This document shows, one piece after another, positions 1 through 8,495 of a stretch of DNA of 39,235 nucleotides; positions within the stretch are counted from its first letter, which is position 1; each line of letters begins with the position of its first letter. Where the stretch lies: NCBI GenBank assembly GCA_019116185.1, contig DXCD01000261.1:1-39235 (forward strand), in the 5' to 3' direction. Under the pieces are notes generated by a model. The model worked only from the letters and a program-made list of their open reading frames with translations. It had not been told where the DNA came from and made no database searches. A program made the position numbers and the translations under genes. Source of the stretch: Candidatus Mediterraneibacter stercorigallinarum. GTDB lineage: Bacteria > Bacillota > Clostridia > Lachnospirales > Lachnospiraceae.

Positions 1-5
1 TGCAC

Positions 6-2225
6 ATGAAGCGGATTCACATAAAAAAGCCGGATATCAAAGGTTTTTTTTCGAAGATCAAGAATCTGAAAAAAGAAGATATCAAAAGACATTTTAAGGA
101 AAGGAAAGAGCGGAGACAGCGGATACTGGAACAGCGCCGCAACAGCAGGTTTGCAAAGAAAATGCAGCCTGTCTACAAGTGGATGAACTGGTTCTCTCTG
201 CCGCTTCATTTCCTTCTTGCCTGCGTGGTCAATTTTATCATTGAGGTGATCTCGCGGCTGTCTTTTTTCGAGGCATGGGACTACCTTGTGGGCTCGCCTC
301 TTGTATTTCTGTACAATGCGTTTATGATATTTGCCACGTTTTCTATCGTATATCTTGTACGGAGAAGAGTGTTTGCCAGGATTCTGATCAGTGTATTCTG
401 GATCTTCCTCGGGATCTGCAACGGTTACCTGCTGATGAAGAGGGTGACGCCGTTTAATGCCCAGGATTTGAAGGCGATTTCAGAGGCACTGGCGGTAATG
501 GACAGCTATTTCAACGCGTTTGAGCTTGTTATGATCGTGATCGGAGTGACAGCGCTCATTGTGTGGATCGTCTCCATGTGGAGAAGAGGCGGACAGTTTC
601 AGGGAAAGATGCACCGGATCATTGCCCTGGGCGGAGTGGCGGTTTCTTTTGGAGCCTGCCTGGTCCTGACAAATGTAGCGATCGATAAGCGGGTTATCTC
701 TAATTATTTCGGGAATATTGCGTTCGCTTATGAAGATTACGGCTTTCCGTACTGTTTTTCCGCCAGCCTGTTTAATACCGGGATCAATAAGCCTGCCGGC
801 TACAGTGAAGAGATGATGGATGAAATCAATGCGGACGGCGGACTTACAAAGAGCGAGACCGGACGCGCGGCAGATGACCTGCCGAACATTATGTTTGTTC
901 AGCTCGAGTCTTTCTTTGATCCGACGGAAGTGGAATGGCTGCGTTTTTCTGAAGATCCGATCCCGAATTTGAGGAAGCTGTTCAATGAGTATTCCAGTGG
1001 ATATTTTAAGGTGCCTTCTGTGGGCGCCGGAACGGCAAATACGGAGTTCGAGGTGCTGACAGGGATGAGCATGCGTTTCTTCGGACCGGGAGAATATCCG
1101 TATAAGACTTATGGGAAGACAAATACCCTTGAGAGCGCCGCGTCCGCGCTTACATCTCTGGGATATGGAGCGGAAGCGCTTCATAATAACGGCGGAAACT
1201 TTTACAGCCGTGCCAAGGTGTTTAATAATATGGGATTTGACCACTATACGAGCAAAGAGTTCATGAATATCCTTCAGACAACGCCGGAAGGCTGGGCGAC
1301 AGATGATATCCTTGTGCCGAATATCATGGATTCCATGGATACTACGGAAGGGCAGGATTTTGTATTCACGATCAGCGTGGAGGGGCATGGAGAATACCCG
1401 ACGGAAAAAGTACTGGAAAATCCGGAGATCGTAGTCAGCGGCGTGGAAGATGAAGGCGAGCGCAATGCGTGGGAATATTATGTGAACCTGGTTCACGAGA
1501 TGGACAAATTTGCCGCTGACCTGATCGAGGCTGTGGAGGCGAGAAACGAGCCTACTGTACTTGTGTTCTACGGGGACCATCTGCCCACGATGAACCTTGA
1601 GGCAAAGGACCTGAAGAGCAAATATCTGTACAATACGAATTATGTGATCTGGGATAACATCGGGCTGGAAAAGCAGGATGGCAATTATGCTGCATATCAA
1701 ATCATGGCAGAAGTGTTTGACAGGCTGGATATTCATTCGGGCACTGTGTTCAATTATCATCAGCAGCGCCGCCAGACGAAGAATTATCTTGCTGATCTTG
1801 AGCTGCTCCAGTATGACATCATGTACGGAGAACAGTATGTATATGAAGAGAGCGGCGCTCCGGTCACGGAAGGCCATATGGTCATGGGAGTGAAGGATGC
1901 TGAGATCACGGAAGTAGTAGAACAGTGGGACGGATCATTCAGCATTTACGGAGATAACTTTACGAAACAAAGCAAGGTCTATATCAACGGAGAAAAGCAG
2001 ACCACAAAGTTCCTGAATAATACAAGGCTGGATCTGGAAGAGTCTCAGCTGAATGACGGGGATACCGTCATGGTGGCTCAGGTGGGGTCAAGCAATACTA
2101 TATTCAGGACTTCAAAGACATATGAATATAACGGCGGTGTCCTGACAGAGGTGCCGGCGGACGCGGACGCGCCGCAGAACGGGCGTCAGGCATTTGTCAC
2201 GCAGGAAGAAGAACAGGAAGAATGA
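6..2225 (+). CDS. LTA synthase (LtaS)-family / sulfatase-like membrane phosphotransferase
   Basis: About five N-terminal hydrophobic segments, then NIMFVQLESF, GTANTEFE (catalytic Thr position), GHGEY and VFYGDHLP motifs. The upstream RBS lies outside the window. Confidence 0.88.
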   Translation: MKRIHIKKPDIKGFFSKIKNLKKEDIKRHFKERKERRQRILEQRRNSRFAKKMQPVYKWMNWFSLPLHFLLACVVNFIIEVISRLSFFEAWDYLVGSPLVFLYNAFMIFATFSIVYLVRRRVFARILISVFWIFLGICNGYLLMKRVTPFNAQDLKAISEALAVMDSYFNAFELVMIVIGVTALIVWIVSMWRRGGQFQGKMHRIIALGGVAVSFGACLVLTNVAIDKRVISNYFGNIAFAYEDYGFPYCFSASLFNTGINKPAGYSEEMMDEINADGGLTKSETGRAADDLPNIMFVQLESFFDPTEVEWLRFSEDPIPNLRKLFNEYSSGYFKVPSVGAGTANTEFEVLTGMSMRFFGPGEYPYKTYGKTNTLESAASALTSLGYGAEALHNNGGNFYSRAKVFNNMGFDHYTSKEFMNILQTTPEGWATDDILVPNIMDSMDTTEGQDFVFTISVEGHGEYPTEKVLENPEIVVSGVEDEGERNAWEYYVNLVHEMDKFAADLIEAVEARNEPTVLVFYGDHLPTMNLEAKDLKSKYLYNTNYVIWDNIGLEKQDGNYAAYQIMAEVFDRLDIHSGTVFNYHQQRRQTKNYLADLELLQYDIMYGEQYVYEESGAPVTEGHMVMGVKDAEITEVVEQWDGSFSIYGDNFTKQSKVYINGEKQTTKFLNNTRLDLEESQLNDGDTVMVAQVGSSNTIFRTSKTYEYNGGVLTEVPADADAPQNGRQAFVTQEEEQEE

Positions 2226-3505
2226 CATACAAAGAGGCAGTAAAGTATATATTAGAGATTCCCAGATTTACGAAGAAAAACGACAGAGAGCACACAAGAA
2301 CTTTTCTTGCATATCTCAAGGAGCCGCAGGAGCACATGAAAGTGCTCCATGTGGCGGGGACTAACGGGAAGGGGTCTGTGTGCGCGTATCTTGACGGGAT
2401 GCTCCGTTCGGAAGGAAAACGGACGGGGCTTTTTACGTCTCCCCACCTTGTGAAGATCAATGAGCGGATCGTGGTCAACGGAGAAGAGATCAGTGACGAG
2501 GATTTCTGCGCTGTGTTTGAAAAGACATTGAACGCAGTACAGCGCATGGAAAAGGAGGGGCTGGCCCACCCTACTTTTTTTGAGTTTTTGTTGGGCATGG
2601 CTATGTGCGCCTTTGCAGAGGCGGGAGTGGAGTATGCTGTCCTTGAGACCGGACTCGGCGGCAGGCTTGACGCTACCAGCGCGGTGGAGCATCCCGCAGT
2701 GTGCGTGATCACTTCCATCGGCCTGGACCATACAGAGTATCTGGGGAATACGCTGGAAGAGATCGCCGGAGAAAAGGCGGGGATCATCCGGCAGGGCGCT
2801 CCGGTGTTTTATGCGCAGACCGCGGAGGAGAGTGACCGCGTAATTGAGCAGAACGCGCGGGAACGCGGGAGTTTCTGTAAAAAAATCGGGAAAGATGCGT
2901 ACGAAATTCTTGGAATCGAGGACAAACATATTGCATTTTCCTGTTCCAGTGCTTATTATGGTAATACCACGTGGAAATTGAACAATACCGGAGTTTACCA
3001 GCCGCAGAATGCAGTGCTTGCCATGGAAGTGATGCGTTATCTCTTTGGGGAAAACGGGCATCCGGAGCGCTGGAGGGCAGCGCTGGAAGACTTGAAATGG
3101 GCGGGGCGCATGGAAGAGGTCCTGCCGGATGTATACATTGACGGGGCACACAATATCAGTGCTGTGGAAGCATTTATACAGAGTGTCCCCAGGGACGGCA
3201 CCGGGAATATAATTCTTTTTTCCGCGGTGCAGGATAAAGATTATGAGAAGATGGCAGAGCGCCTGTGCAGAAGCGGGGCTGCCGAGCTCTATGTGGCGAC
3301 CCATATAGATGACAGCCGCGGTGCAGATGCACAGAGGCTTGCAGACATTTTCAGAAAATATACGGAACGGCCTGTCATAGTGAGAGAATCTGTGAAAGAG
3401 GCTCTCCGGTATGTGCTGGGAGTACAGAACGGGCGGAGGATCTACTGCCTGGGCTCTCTCTACCTGACGGGGATGATCAAGGGATTGATTCAGGAGGAGA
3501 TATAA
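2222..3505 (+). CDS. folC: Folylpolyglutamate synthase / dihydrofolate synthase
   Basis: HVAGTNGKGS P-loop, FTSPHL, ETGLGGRLDAT, SIGLDH, IAGEKAGII and DGAHN motifs. ATGA overlap with the upstream gene. Confidence 0.95.
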   Translation: MTYKEAVKYILEIPRFTKKNDREHTRTFLAYLKEPQEHMKVLHVAGTNGKGSVCAYLDGMLRSEGKRTGLFTSPHLVKINERIVVNGEEISDEDFCAVFEKTLNAVQRMEKEGLAHPTFFEFLLGMAMCAFAEAGVEYAVLETGLGGRLDATSAVEHPAVCVITSIGLDHTEYLGNTLEEIAGEKAGIIRQGAPVFYAQTAEESDRVIEQNARERGSFCKKIGKDAYEILGIEDKHIAFSCSSAYYGNTTWKLNNTGVYQPQNAVLAMEVMRYLFGENGHPERWRAALEDLKWAGRMEEVLPDVYIDGAHNISAVEAFIQSVPRDGTGNIILFSAVQDKDYEKMAERLCRSGAAELYVATHIDDSRGADAQRLADIFRKYTERPVIVRESVKEALRYVLGVQNGRRIYCLGSLYLTGMIKGLIQEEI

Positions 3506-3640
3506 ATGCTGGATTACGAAGAAGAGCTGAAAAAATTCAAACCGAGCCTTGAGGTTGAGGAGATCGAGGACGCGGTCTATCAGGAAGATCTGTCTGATAT
3601 GACGGACCTTCTGAAACAGATCATGAATCAGAAGCAATAA
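3506..3640 (+). CDS. Small acidic hypothetical protein, 44 aa (MLDYEEELKKFKPSLEVEEIEDAVYQEDLSDMTDLLKQIMNQKQ); not in ORF track
   Basis: ATG directly follows the folC TAA. GGAGG RBS at 3493-3497. Codon usage resembles its neighbours and the ORF fills the folC-TPR gap. Confidence 0.8.
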   Translation: MLDYEEELKKFKPSLEVEEIEDAVYQEDLSDMTDLLKQIMNQKQ

Positions 3641-3682
3641 GATACTTGAAAGCGGAAGTTCAGAAAGATAGTGGGGATATAA

Positions 3683-5011
3683 ATGGACTATATGAAGAAG
3701 ATCGTGTACCATTCCAATTATTGGTACAACGATGGTCTGCGCAAGGCGCAGATGCGCGATATGTCCGGGGCGATCGCGTCGCTTCGGCGCAGCCTTCAGT
3801 TTAACAGGGAGAATATCGCGGCGAGGAATCTGCTGGGGCTTGTTTACTATGGGATCGGAGAGGTGCCGGAGGCCCTTGTAGAATGGATCATCAGCAAGAA
3901 TTTGAGGGCAAGGGATAATATCGCAGATTATTATATCAAGAATGTACAGGCGTCGGCGAAAGAACTGGAGACAATCAACCTGGCGATCAGAAAATATAAC
4001 CAGTGTCTTACATACTGCCAGCAGAATGGAGAGGATCTGGCAGTGATCCAGTTAAAGCAGGTCATATCGGCGCATCCGACATTTTTAAAGGCATATCAGC
4101 TGCTGGCGCTGATCTATCTGCACACGGAACAGTACCCGCACGCAAGACAGATCCTGCGCACGGCCAGAAAACTGGACACGACAAACGAGATCACGCTCCA
4201 CTATACGCATGAGCTGGTTCAGCAAAAAGGCAGACGCAGGCGTGAGAAGAAGAAAGAAGATGCAGTTGAGTATAATCTCGGAAACGAGACGATCATACAG
4301 CCAAAGCATTCACGTATAAAAGAAATGGCGGGACAGCTTGCAGTGGCGAATATTTTTATCGGCGCGGCCATCGGCGCCGCTGTGATCTGGTTCCTTGTCG
4401 CTCCGGCTGTCAACCAGTCCAGGGCTGACCGGATGAATGACCAGATGAGGGAGTACAGCGAGGAAATCAAATCTCTGGAAGCACAGGTCAGCGCCCAGAC
4501 AAGGACGCTGGATAATTACCGGGCATCAGGGGAAAGCGCGGAGACAGCCGCGCAGGAGACGCAGACCATACGCGACAGCTACGAGAATCTTCTGTATGCG
4601 CAGAGTCAGTATGATTCCCGGCAATACACGGATGCTGAGATGGCGGATTCGCTTCTTAATGTCAGCAGAGATTCACTTGGGACAAACGCCCAGGCCGTGT
4701 ATGACGAACTGACAGCAGCCATCTTCCCGGGCGCATGCGAGACGAATTTTGCCACAGGGATACAAGCTCTGAATGGCGGAGATTATCAGGGCGCGGTGGA
4801 CGCACTGTCAAAAGTCGTACGGATGGATGAAGGCTACAACAGCGGACAGGCCCTGTTCAGTCTGGCGCAGGCATACCAGGGGAACGGAGATAATGAAAAC
4901 GCGGTTACATACTATCAGAGAGTAGTGGAAGGATACGCGGATTCTGAATATGCGGCGCAGGCGCAGAGCAGCCTGGACGCGATCAGCCAGAATCAGGCGG
5001 CCGCGCAGTAG
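3683..5011 (+). CDS. Single-pass membrane tetratricopeptide-repeat protein (N-terminal TPRs, TM, coiled coil, C-terminal TPRs)
   Basis: TPR-like helices (ARNLLGLVYY, AYQLLALIYL, ALFSLAQAYQ..A..YYQRV), a basic stretch before the TM segment IFIGAAIGAAVIWFLVAP, and a heptad-rich region after it. Confidence 0.85.
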   Translation: MDYMKKIVYHSNYWYNDGLRKAQMRDMSGAIASLRRSLQFNRENIAARNLLGLVYYGIGEVPEALVEWIISKNLRARDNIADYYIKNVQASAKELETINLAIRKYNQCLTYCQQNGEDLAVIQLKQVISAHPTFLKAYQLLALIYLHTEQYPHARQILRTARKLDTTNEITLHYTHELVQQKGRRRREKKKEDAVEYNLGNETIIQPKHSRIKEMAGQLAVANIFIGAAIGAAVIWFLVAPAVNQSRADRMNDQMREYSEEIKSLEAQVSAQTRTLDNYRASGESAETAAQETQTIRDSYENLLYAQSQYDSRQYTDAEMADSLLNVSRDSLGTNAQAVYDELTAAIFPGACETNFATGIQALNGGDYQGAVDALSKVVRMDEGYNSGQALFSLAQAYQGNGDNENAVTYYQRVVEGYADSEYAAQAQSSLDAISQNQAAAQ

Positions 5012-5031
5012 AGAATAAATATTTACGAAAG

Positions 5032-5063
5032 AAAAGGATGTACGAAGAAGTACATCCTTTTTT
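5032..5063 (+). terminator. Rho-independent terminator after the TPR gene
   Basis: Perfect 12-bp inverted repeat AAAAGGATGTAC / GTACATCCTTTT with 6-nt loop, running into a T tract. Confidence 0.7.
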
Positions 5064-5087
5064 ATGTACAATTCGAACAATATCAGT

Positions 5088-5129
5088 AAAAGGGGTCAGA
5101 CCCCTTCCAGGAGGGGTCAGGCCCCTTTT
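5088..5129. repeat. Doublet of REP-like palindromes (AAGGGGTCAGACCCCTT and GAGGGGTCAGGCCCCTTTT)
   Basis: Two near-identical GC-rich palindromes that together form a ~42-nt hairpin. A related copy lies at 32593-32612. Confidence 0.65.
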
Positions 5130-5160
5130 GGAGAGGCGGGGCCCAAAGGGGAGGAGCAGC

Positions 5161-5475
5161 ATGAAATATCAGGTGCAGGAGAACTGTCTCACGATCTATC
5201 TGCCCCGTGAAGTGGACCACCACAATGCGGAGGAGATCAGGCGGGAGGCAGATGCAGTAATTGACCGGAACCATATTAAATACGTGATCTTTGATTTTGA
5301 GAAGACGGATTTTATGGACAGTTCCGGGATAGGGGTGATTATGGGAAGATATAAGACGATCTGCCTGATCGGAGGAGAGGTCTGGGCAGTCCACGCGAAC
5401 GCGAGGATAAAAAAGATACTGACACTCTCGGGAGTGACGAAAATAATGCAGATATATGAGGAGGACGCGGTATGA
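5161..5475 (+). CDS. spoIIAA: Anti-sigma F factor antagonist SpoIIAA (STAS domain)
   Basis: EVDHHNAEEIR and FMDSSGIGVIMGRYK (phosphoacceptor Ser). Start placed at 5161 after a GGAGG RBS rather than at 5038. Confidence 0.95.
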   Translation: MKYQVQENCLTIYLPREVDHHNAEEIRREADAVIDRNHIKYVIFDFEKTDFMDSSGIGVIMGRYKTICLIGGEVWAVHANARIKKILTLSGVTKIMQIYEEDAV

Positions 5476-5927
5476 AAAATACAAATGAAATGGAGATCCG
5501 GTTTGAGAGCAGGTCAGCGAACGAAGGATTCGCAAGGGTGGCAGTGGCGTCATTTCTGACGCAGTTAAATCCTACCGTGGAGGAAGTGGCAGATGTAAAG
5601 ACAGCAGTGTCAGAAGCTGTGACAAATGCCATCATCCACGGATATGAAAACGAGATACATAAAGTGTATATCCGGTGCAGGATCGAGGACAATGTATTTA
5701 CGGTAGAGGTGTGCGACCAAGGCAGAGGAATCGAAAATGTGGAGGAAGCGATGCAGCCCATGTACACCACAAAACCGGAGCAGGACCGGTCCGGCATGGG
5801 ATTTGCTTTTATGGAAGCTTTCATGGACAGTCTGGAGGTAGAGTCCGAACCCGGAAAGGGGACAAAGGTGAAGATGAAAAAGGCTATCGGAAAAGGAAGG
5901 GAAATATGGACCACACGATCGCTTTGA
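5472..5927 (+). CDS. spoIIAB: Anti-sigma F factor / serine kinase SpoIIAB
   Basis: NEGFARVAVASF, KTAVSEAVTNAIIHGY, DQGRGI and RSGMGFAFMEAFMD motifs. Position between spoIIAA and sigF. Confidence 0.96.
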   Translation: MKNTNEMEIRFESRSANEGFARVAVASFLTQLNPTVEEVADVKTAVSEAVTNAIIHGYENEIHKVYIRCRIEDNVFTVEVCDQGRGIENVEEAMQPMYTTKPEQDRSGMGFAFMEAFMDSLEVESEPGKGTKVKMKKAIGKGREIWTTRSL

Positions 5928-6622
5928 TACAGAGATCACACGCCGGGGATAAAGAAGCAAGAGAACAGCTGGTGGAAGAAAATGTGGGACTCGTCTGGTG
6001 TGTTGTTAAACGGTTCTATGGCAGAGGCACAGAGGCGGAAGACCTGTTTCAGATCGGCAGCATCGGGCTGCTCAAAGCGATTGATAAATTCGATGTGTCC
6101 TATGATGTGAAGTTCTCCACCTATGCAGTACCCATGATCTCGGGAGAGATCAAGCGCTTCCTGAGGGACGATGGCATGATCAAGGTCAGCCGGTCATTGA
6201 AAGAACTTGCTTATAAGAGCTTACAGGCAAGGGAACGGCTTAATGCGGAGCTGGGGAGAGAGCCTACGCTGGAAGAACTGTCAGAAGAGCTGGGAGTGGA
6301 TAAGGAAGAATTGGTACAGGCGATGGAAGCAGGCGGGGAAGTGGAGTCCCTGTATCGCCCGATCCATCAGAAGGAAGGCAGTGAGATCCGTCTGCTGGAC
6401 AAGATTGAAGAAAAGGAGAGAAAAGAAGACAAGATCCTTGACCTGATGGTGTTGAAACAGCTTCTGGAGACATTGGACGCGCAGGAAAGACAGTTGATTT
6501 ATCTGCGGTATTTTGCGGATAAAACGCAGTCAGACGTGGGGAAGATGATGGGGATATCCCAGGTGCAGGTGTCACGCTTGGAGAAAAGAATTCTTCAGAA
6601 CCTGCGAAATATGGGAACATGA
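5906..6622 (+). CDS. sigF: Forespore RNA polymerase sigma factor F
   Basis: EDLFQIGSIGLLKAIDKFD, KFSTYAVPMISGEIKRFLRDDG and ISQVQVSRLEK motifs. Start placed at ATG 5906 (MDHTIALI). Confidence 0.94.
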   Translation: MDHTIALIQRSHAGDKEAREQLVEENVGLVWCVVKRFYGRGTEAEDLFQIGSIGLLKAIDKFDVSYDVKFSTYAVPMISGEIKRFLRDDGMIKVSRSLKELAYKSLQARERLNAELGREPTLEELSEELGVDKEELVQAMEAGGEVESLYRPIHQKEGSEIRLLDKIEEKERKEDKILDLMVLKQLLETLDAQERQLIYLRYFADKTQSDVGKMMGISQVQVSRLEKRILQNLRNMGT

Positions 6623-6668
6623 CATATACCGGAAAGAACGGCGGATTTTGAAAAGAAATAAGAGCTGC

Positions 6669-6697
6669 GAATAATTCTGCTGAAAATCCAGATACTA
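6669..6697 (+). promoter_or_regulatory. Putative sigmaG/sigmaF-type forespore promoter for the spoVA unit
   Basis: GAATA (6669-6673), 17 nt, GATACTA (6691-6697), close to the GHATR-N17/18-CATNNTA consensus. spoVA is a classical sigmaG target. Confidence 0.6.
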
Positions 6698-6732
6698 GTC
6701 TGGAACAAAAGCAGAAAGGTCAGGTGAACCGT

Positions 6733-6960
6733 ATGGAAGACGGGCGCAGAAAAATATGGATATGCCTTCTGGTGGTGCTGCTTGCGGCAGTAGTGATCGG
6801 AGTGCTGTATTATTACAGCGAGCCCAAGGAGCAGGGATCAGAAGGATTTCTGATCAAGGCAGGGCAGTATAGTGCATTCGAATCGGACGATGGGCAGAAG
6901 GATGGATTCCGGGCGGCAGAAGCGGCTGAGAAAACACAGGAGGCGGCATATGGCTTCTAG
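6733..6960 (+). CDS. Small single-pass membrane hypothetical protein
   Basis: GRRK followed by the hydrophobic segment IWICLLVVLLAAVVIGVLYYY. Stop overlaps the spoVAA start. Start could alternatively be GTG 6724. Confidence 0.7.
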   Translation: MEDGRRKIWICLLVVLLAAVVIGVLYYYSEPKEQGSEGFLIKAGQYSAFESDDGQKDGFRAAEAAEKTQEAAYGF

Positions 6961-7621
6961 TACAACACTTTACATTAAGGGTGACCGGGATGTGGAAGTG
7001 ACGAAGCAGGACGTGACGCTGGGGGATATCCTGGTTATGGAATGTTCAGATAAGACGGTCCTGCCGAAGATAAAGACATTAAGGATTTTAAAGTTTAAAA
7101 AGCCGGGACAGCAGAGGTGTGTTGTGTCCGTATTGAAGATCATCGCGTGCATACATGAACAATATCCGGGGATTGAAGTACAGAACCTGGGGGAAACAGA
7201 TATCATCGTGACCTATGAAAACCAGAAAACACCGCCTCTGGCATGGCATATATTGAAAACAATCTTTGTGGTGGCAGTGACTTTTTTCGGGGCGGCATTT
7301 TCCATCATGGCATTTAACAATGACGTGGATGTGACGAAACTGTTCGGGCAGATCCATGAGCTCGTCACAGGACAGGAGACGAGCGGGTTTACGATACTTG
7401 AGATCTCTTACTCTATTGGGATTACGCTGGGAATCCTTATTTTCTTTAACCATTTCGGGAAAAAACGCTTTACCGTGGATCCCACGCCCATGGAGATTCA
7501 GATGAGGCTGTATGAAAATGATATCCAGACAACACTGGCGGAAGATGCGGCCAGAAAGGGGGAAGAGCTGGATGTGGGCACAATGGGCGCAGCAGATCCT
7601 TCTGGCGGCCATCGGAGTTAG
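6950..7621 (+). CDS. spoVAA: Stage V sporulation protein AA
   Basis: FFGAAFSIMAFNND, YSIGITLGILIFFNHF and DPTPMEIQMRLYE motifs. GGAGG RBS before ATG 6950. Confidence 0.9.
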   Translation: MASSTTLYIKGDRDVEVTKQDVTLGDILVMECSDKTVLPKIKTLRILKFKKPGQQRCVVSVLKIIACIHEQYPGIEVQNLGETDIIVTYENQKTPPLAWHILKTIFVVAVTFFGAAFSIMAFNNDVDVTKLFGQIHELVTGQETSGFTILEISYSIGITLGILIFFNHFGKKRFTVDPTPMEIQMRLYENDIQTTLAEDAARKGEELDVGTMGAADPSGGHRS

Positions 7622-8018
7622 CGCGGGAGCAGCCGCGGCTGGCGGCCTGTTTGCTTTTATTGTCGAGCTGGGCGTGGTGGCGGACTTTGCCGACCGCACG
7701 CACACAGCGGACAAGATCCTTCTCTATGAATCGAGCGTGGCGCTGGGAGGAATCATCGGGAATCTGATCTATATATTTCAGATCGGCCTGTCAGCGGGCG
7801 CCGCGCAGTCTGACATTGGGAAAGGCATGCTCGGCATATTCGGCATATTTGCCGGCATTTTTGTTGGCTGCTGGTCCATGGCCCTGGCAGAGATTTTAAA
7901 TGTGTTCCCTGTATTTATGCGGCGTGTGCGGATCGTGAGATACGTGGCAGCGTTTACGATCAGTGTTGCAATAGGCAAAGGGCTGGGAGCGGGGCTCTTC
8001 TTCTTCAAGGGATGGTAG
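7572..8018 (+). CDS. spoVAB: Stage V sporulation protein AB
   Basis: Hydrophobic protein with GIFVGCWSMALAEILNVFP and AIGKGLG motifs, directly after spoVAA. Start placed at ATG 7572. Confidence 0.88.
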   Translation: MWAQWAQQILLAAIGVSAGAAAAGGLFAFIVELGVVADFADRTHTADKILLYESSVALGGIIGNLIYIFQIGLSAGAAQSDIGKGMLGIFGIFAGIFVGCWSMALAEILNVFPVFMRRVRIVRYVAAFTISVAIGKGLGAGLFFFKGW

Positions 8019-8044
8019 TTCTTGGGCAGCACTATATATTTTTA

Positions 8045-8073
8045 TTGAACTTCTGTAAAAAAAATGCTAGAGT
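8045..8073 (+). promoter_or_regulatory. Putative sigmaA promoter
   Basis: TTGAAC-17 nt-TAGAGT with an extended-10 TG. The spacer contains an A8 tract. Confidence 0.5.
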
Positions 8074-8110
8074 TTATTAAGGTTCTAAAATAAAGTATAT
8101 GGAGGTGCAT

Positions 8111-8482
8111 ATGAGAACAGGATTAAAGATAATCTCCGTGTTACAAATCATTGCAGGGATCTTTGTGGCGGGAGCAGGGGCGCTGACAATCGCGCTTTAT
8201 GCAGAGGGGGACAGCGCGGTGGCAGGTACCGCTGAGATGGTTGCCCTCAGTGTGGTTTTGTTTGTGCTGGAGGGCGCGCTCGGGATTATAAGCGGTGCAT
8301 TGGGGCTTCGCGCGGCAAATAATCCTGATAAATCAATGCTGGCTGTGATATGGGGAGGGCTGATATTGGCGCTGTCAGTACTGTCATTGATCAGTGAGGT
8401 TAATGTCCAGCAGCTTTTCACATGCATTATCTCTTTGCTTTATTTTATATTTGCTATGAATGTTCGGAAAAGCAAAAAGTAA
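8111..8482 (+). CDS. Small four-TM hypothetical membrane protein
   Basis: Four hydrophobic segments. GGAGG RBS at 8101-8105 favours ATG 8111. Visibly more AT-rich than its neighbours. Confidence 0.75.
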   Translation: MRTGLKIISVLQIIAGIFVAGAGALTIALYAEGDSAVAGTAEMVALSVVLFVLEGALGIISGALGLRAANNPDKSMLAVIWGGLILALSVLSLISEVNVQQLFTCIISLLYFIFAMNVRKSKK

Positions 8483-8495
8483 TACTTGATCTGAG

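Noticed and set aside
480-1877. 465-aa minus-strand ORF
   Set aside because: Antisense shadow of the LtaS-family gene in the mirror frame. No motifs or RBS, and a composition typical of reverse-read codons.
2252-3712. 486-aa minus-strand ORF
   Set aside because: Antisense shadow of folC and the in-frame 44-aa ORF, with no recognisable domain.
5012-5090. sigmaH promoter and Spo0A boxes expected for spoIIA
   Set aside because: Only weak partial matches (TTACGAA, ATTCGAA). No convincing AGGA-N17/18-GAAT pair could be placed.
5038-5160. N-terminal extension of SpoIIAA in the ORF track (similar extensions for sigF 5675, spoVAA 6872, spoVAB 7512, ATPase 25248, HtrA-like 35008, yhaM 36502)
   Set aside because: These run through terminators, promoters or upstream genes. 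Better RBS-ATG pairs and family N-termini lie downstream.
7572-7595. Apparent 9-nt duplication at the SpoVAB start (MWAQWAQQ)
   Set aside because: Imperfect and too short to distinguish from chance, with no functional consequence evident.
8057-8064. A8 tract in a promoter spacer as a phase-variation switch
   Set aside because: Eight A residues in AT-rich intergenic DNA is common, and there is no evidence of length variation.
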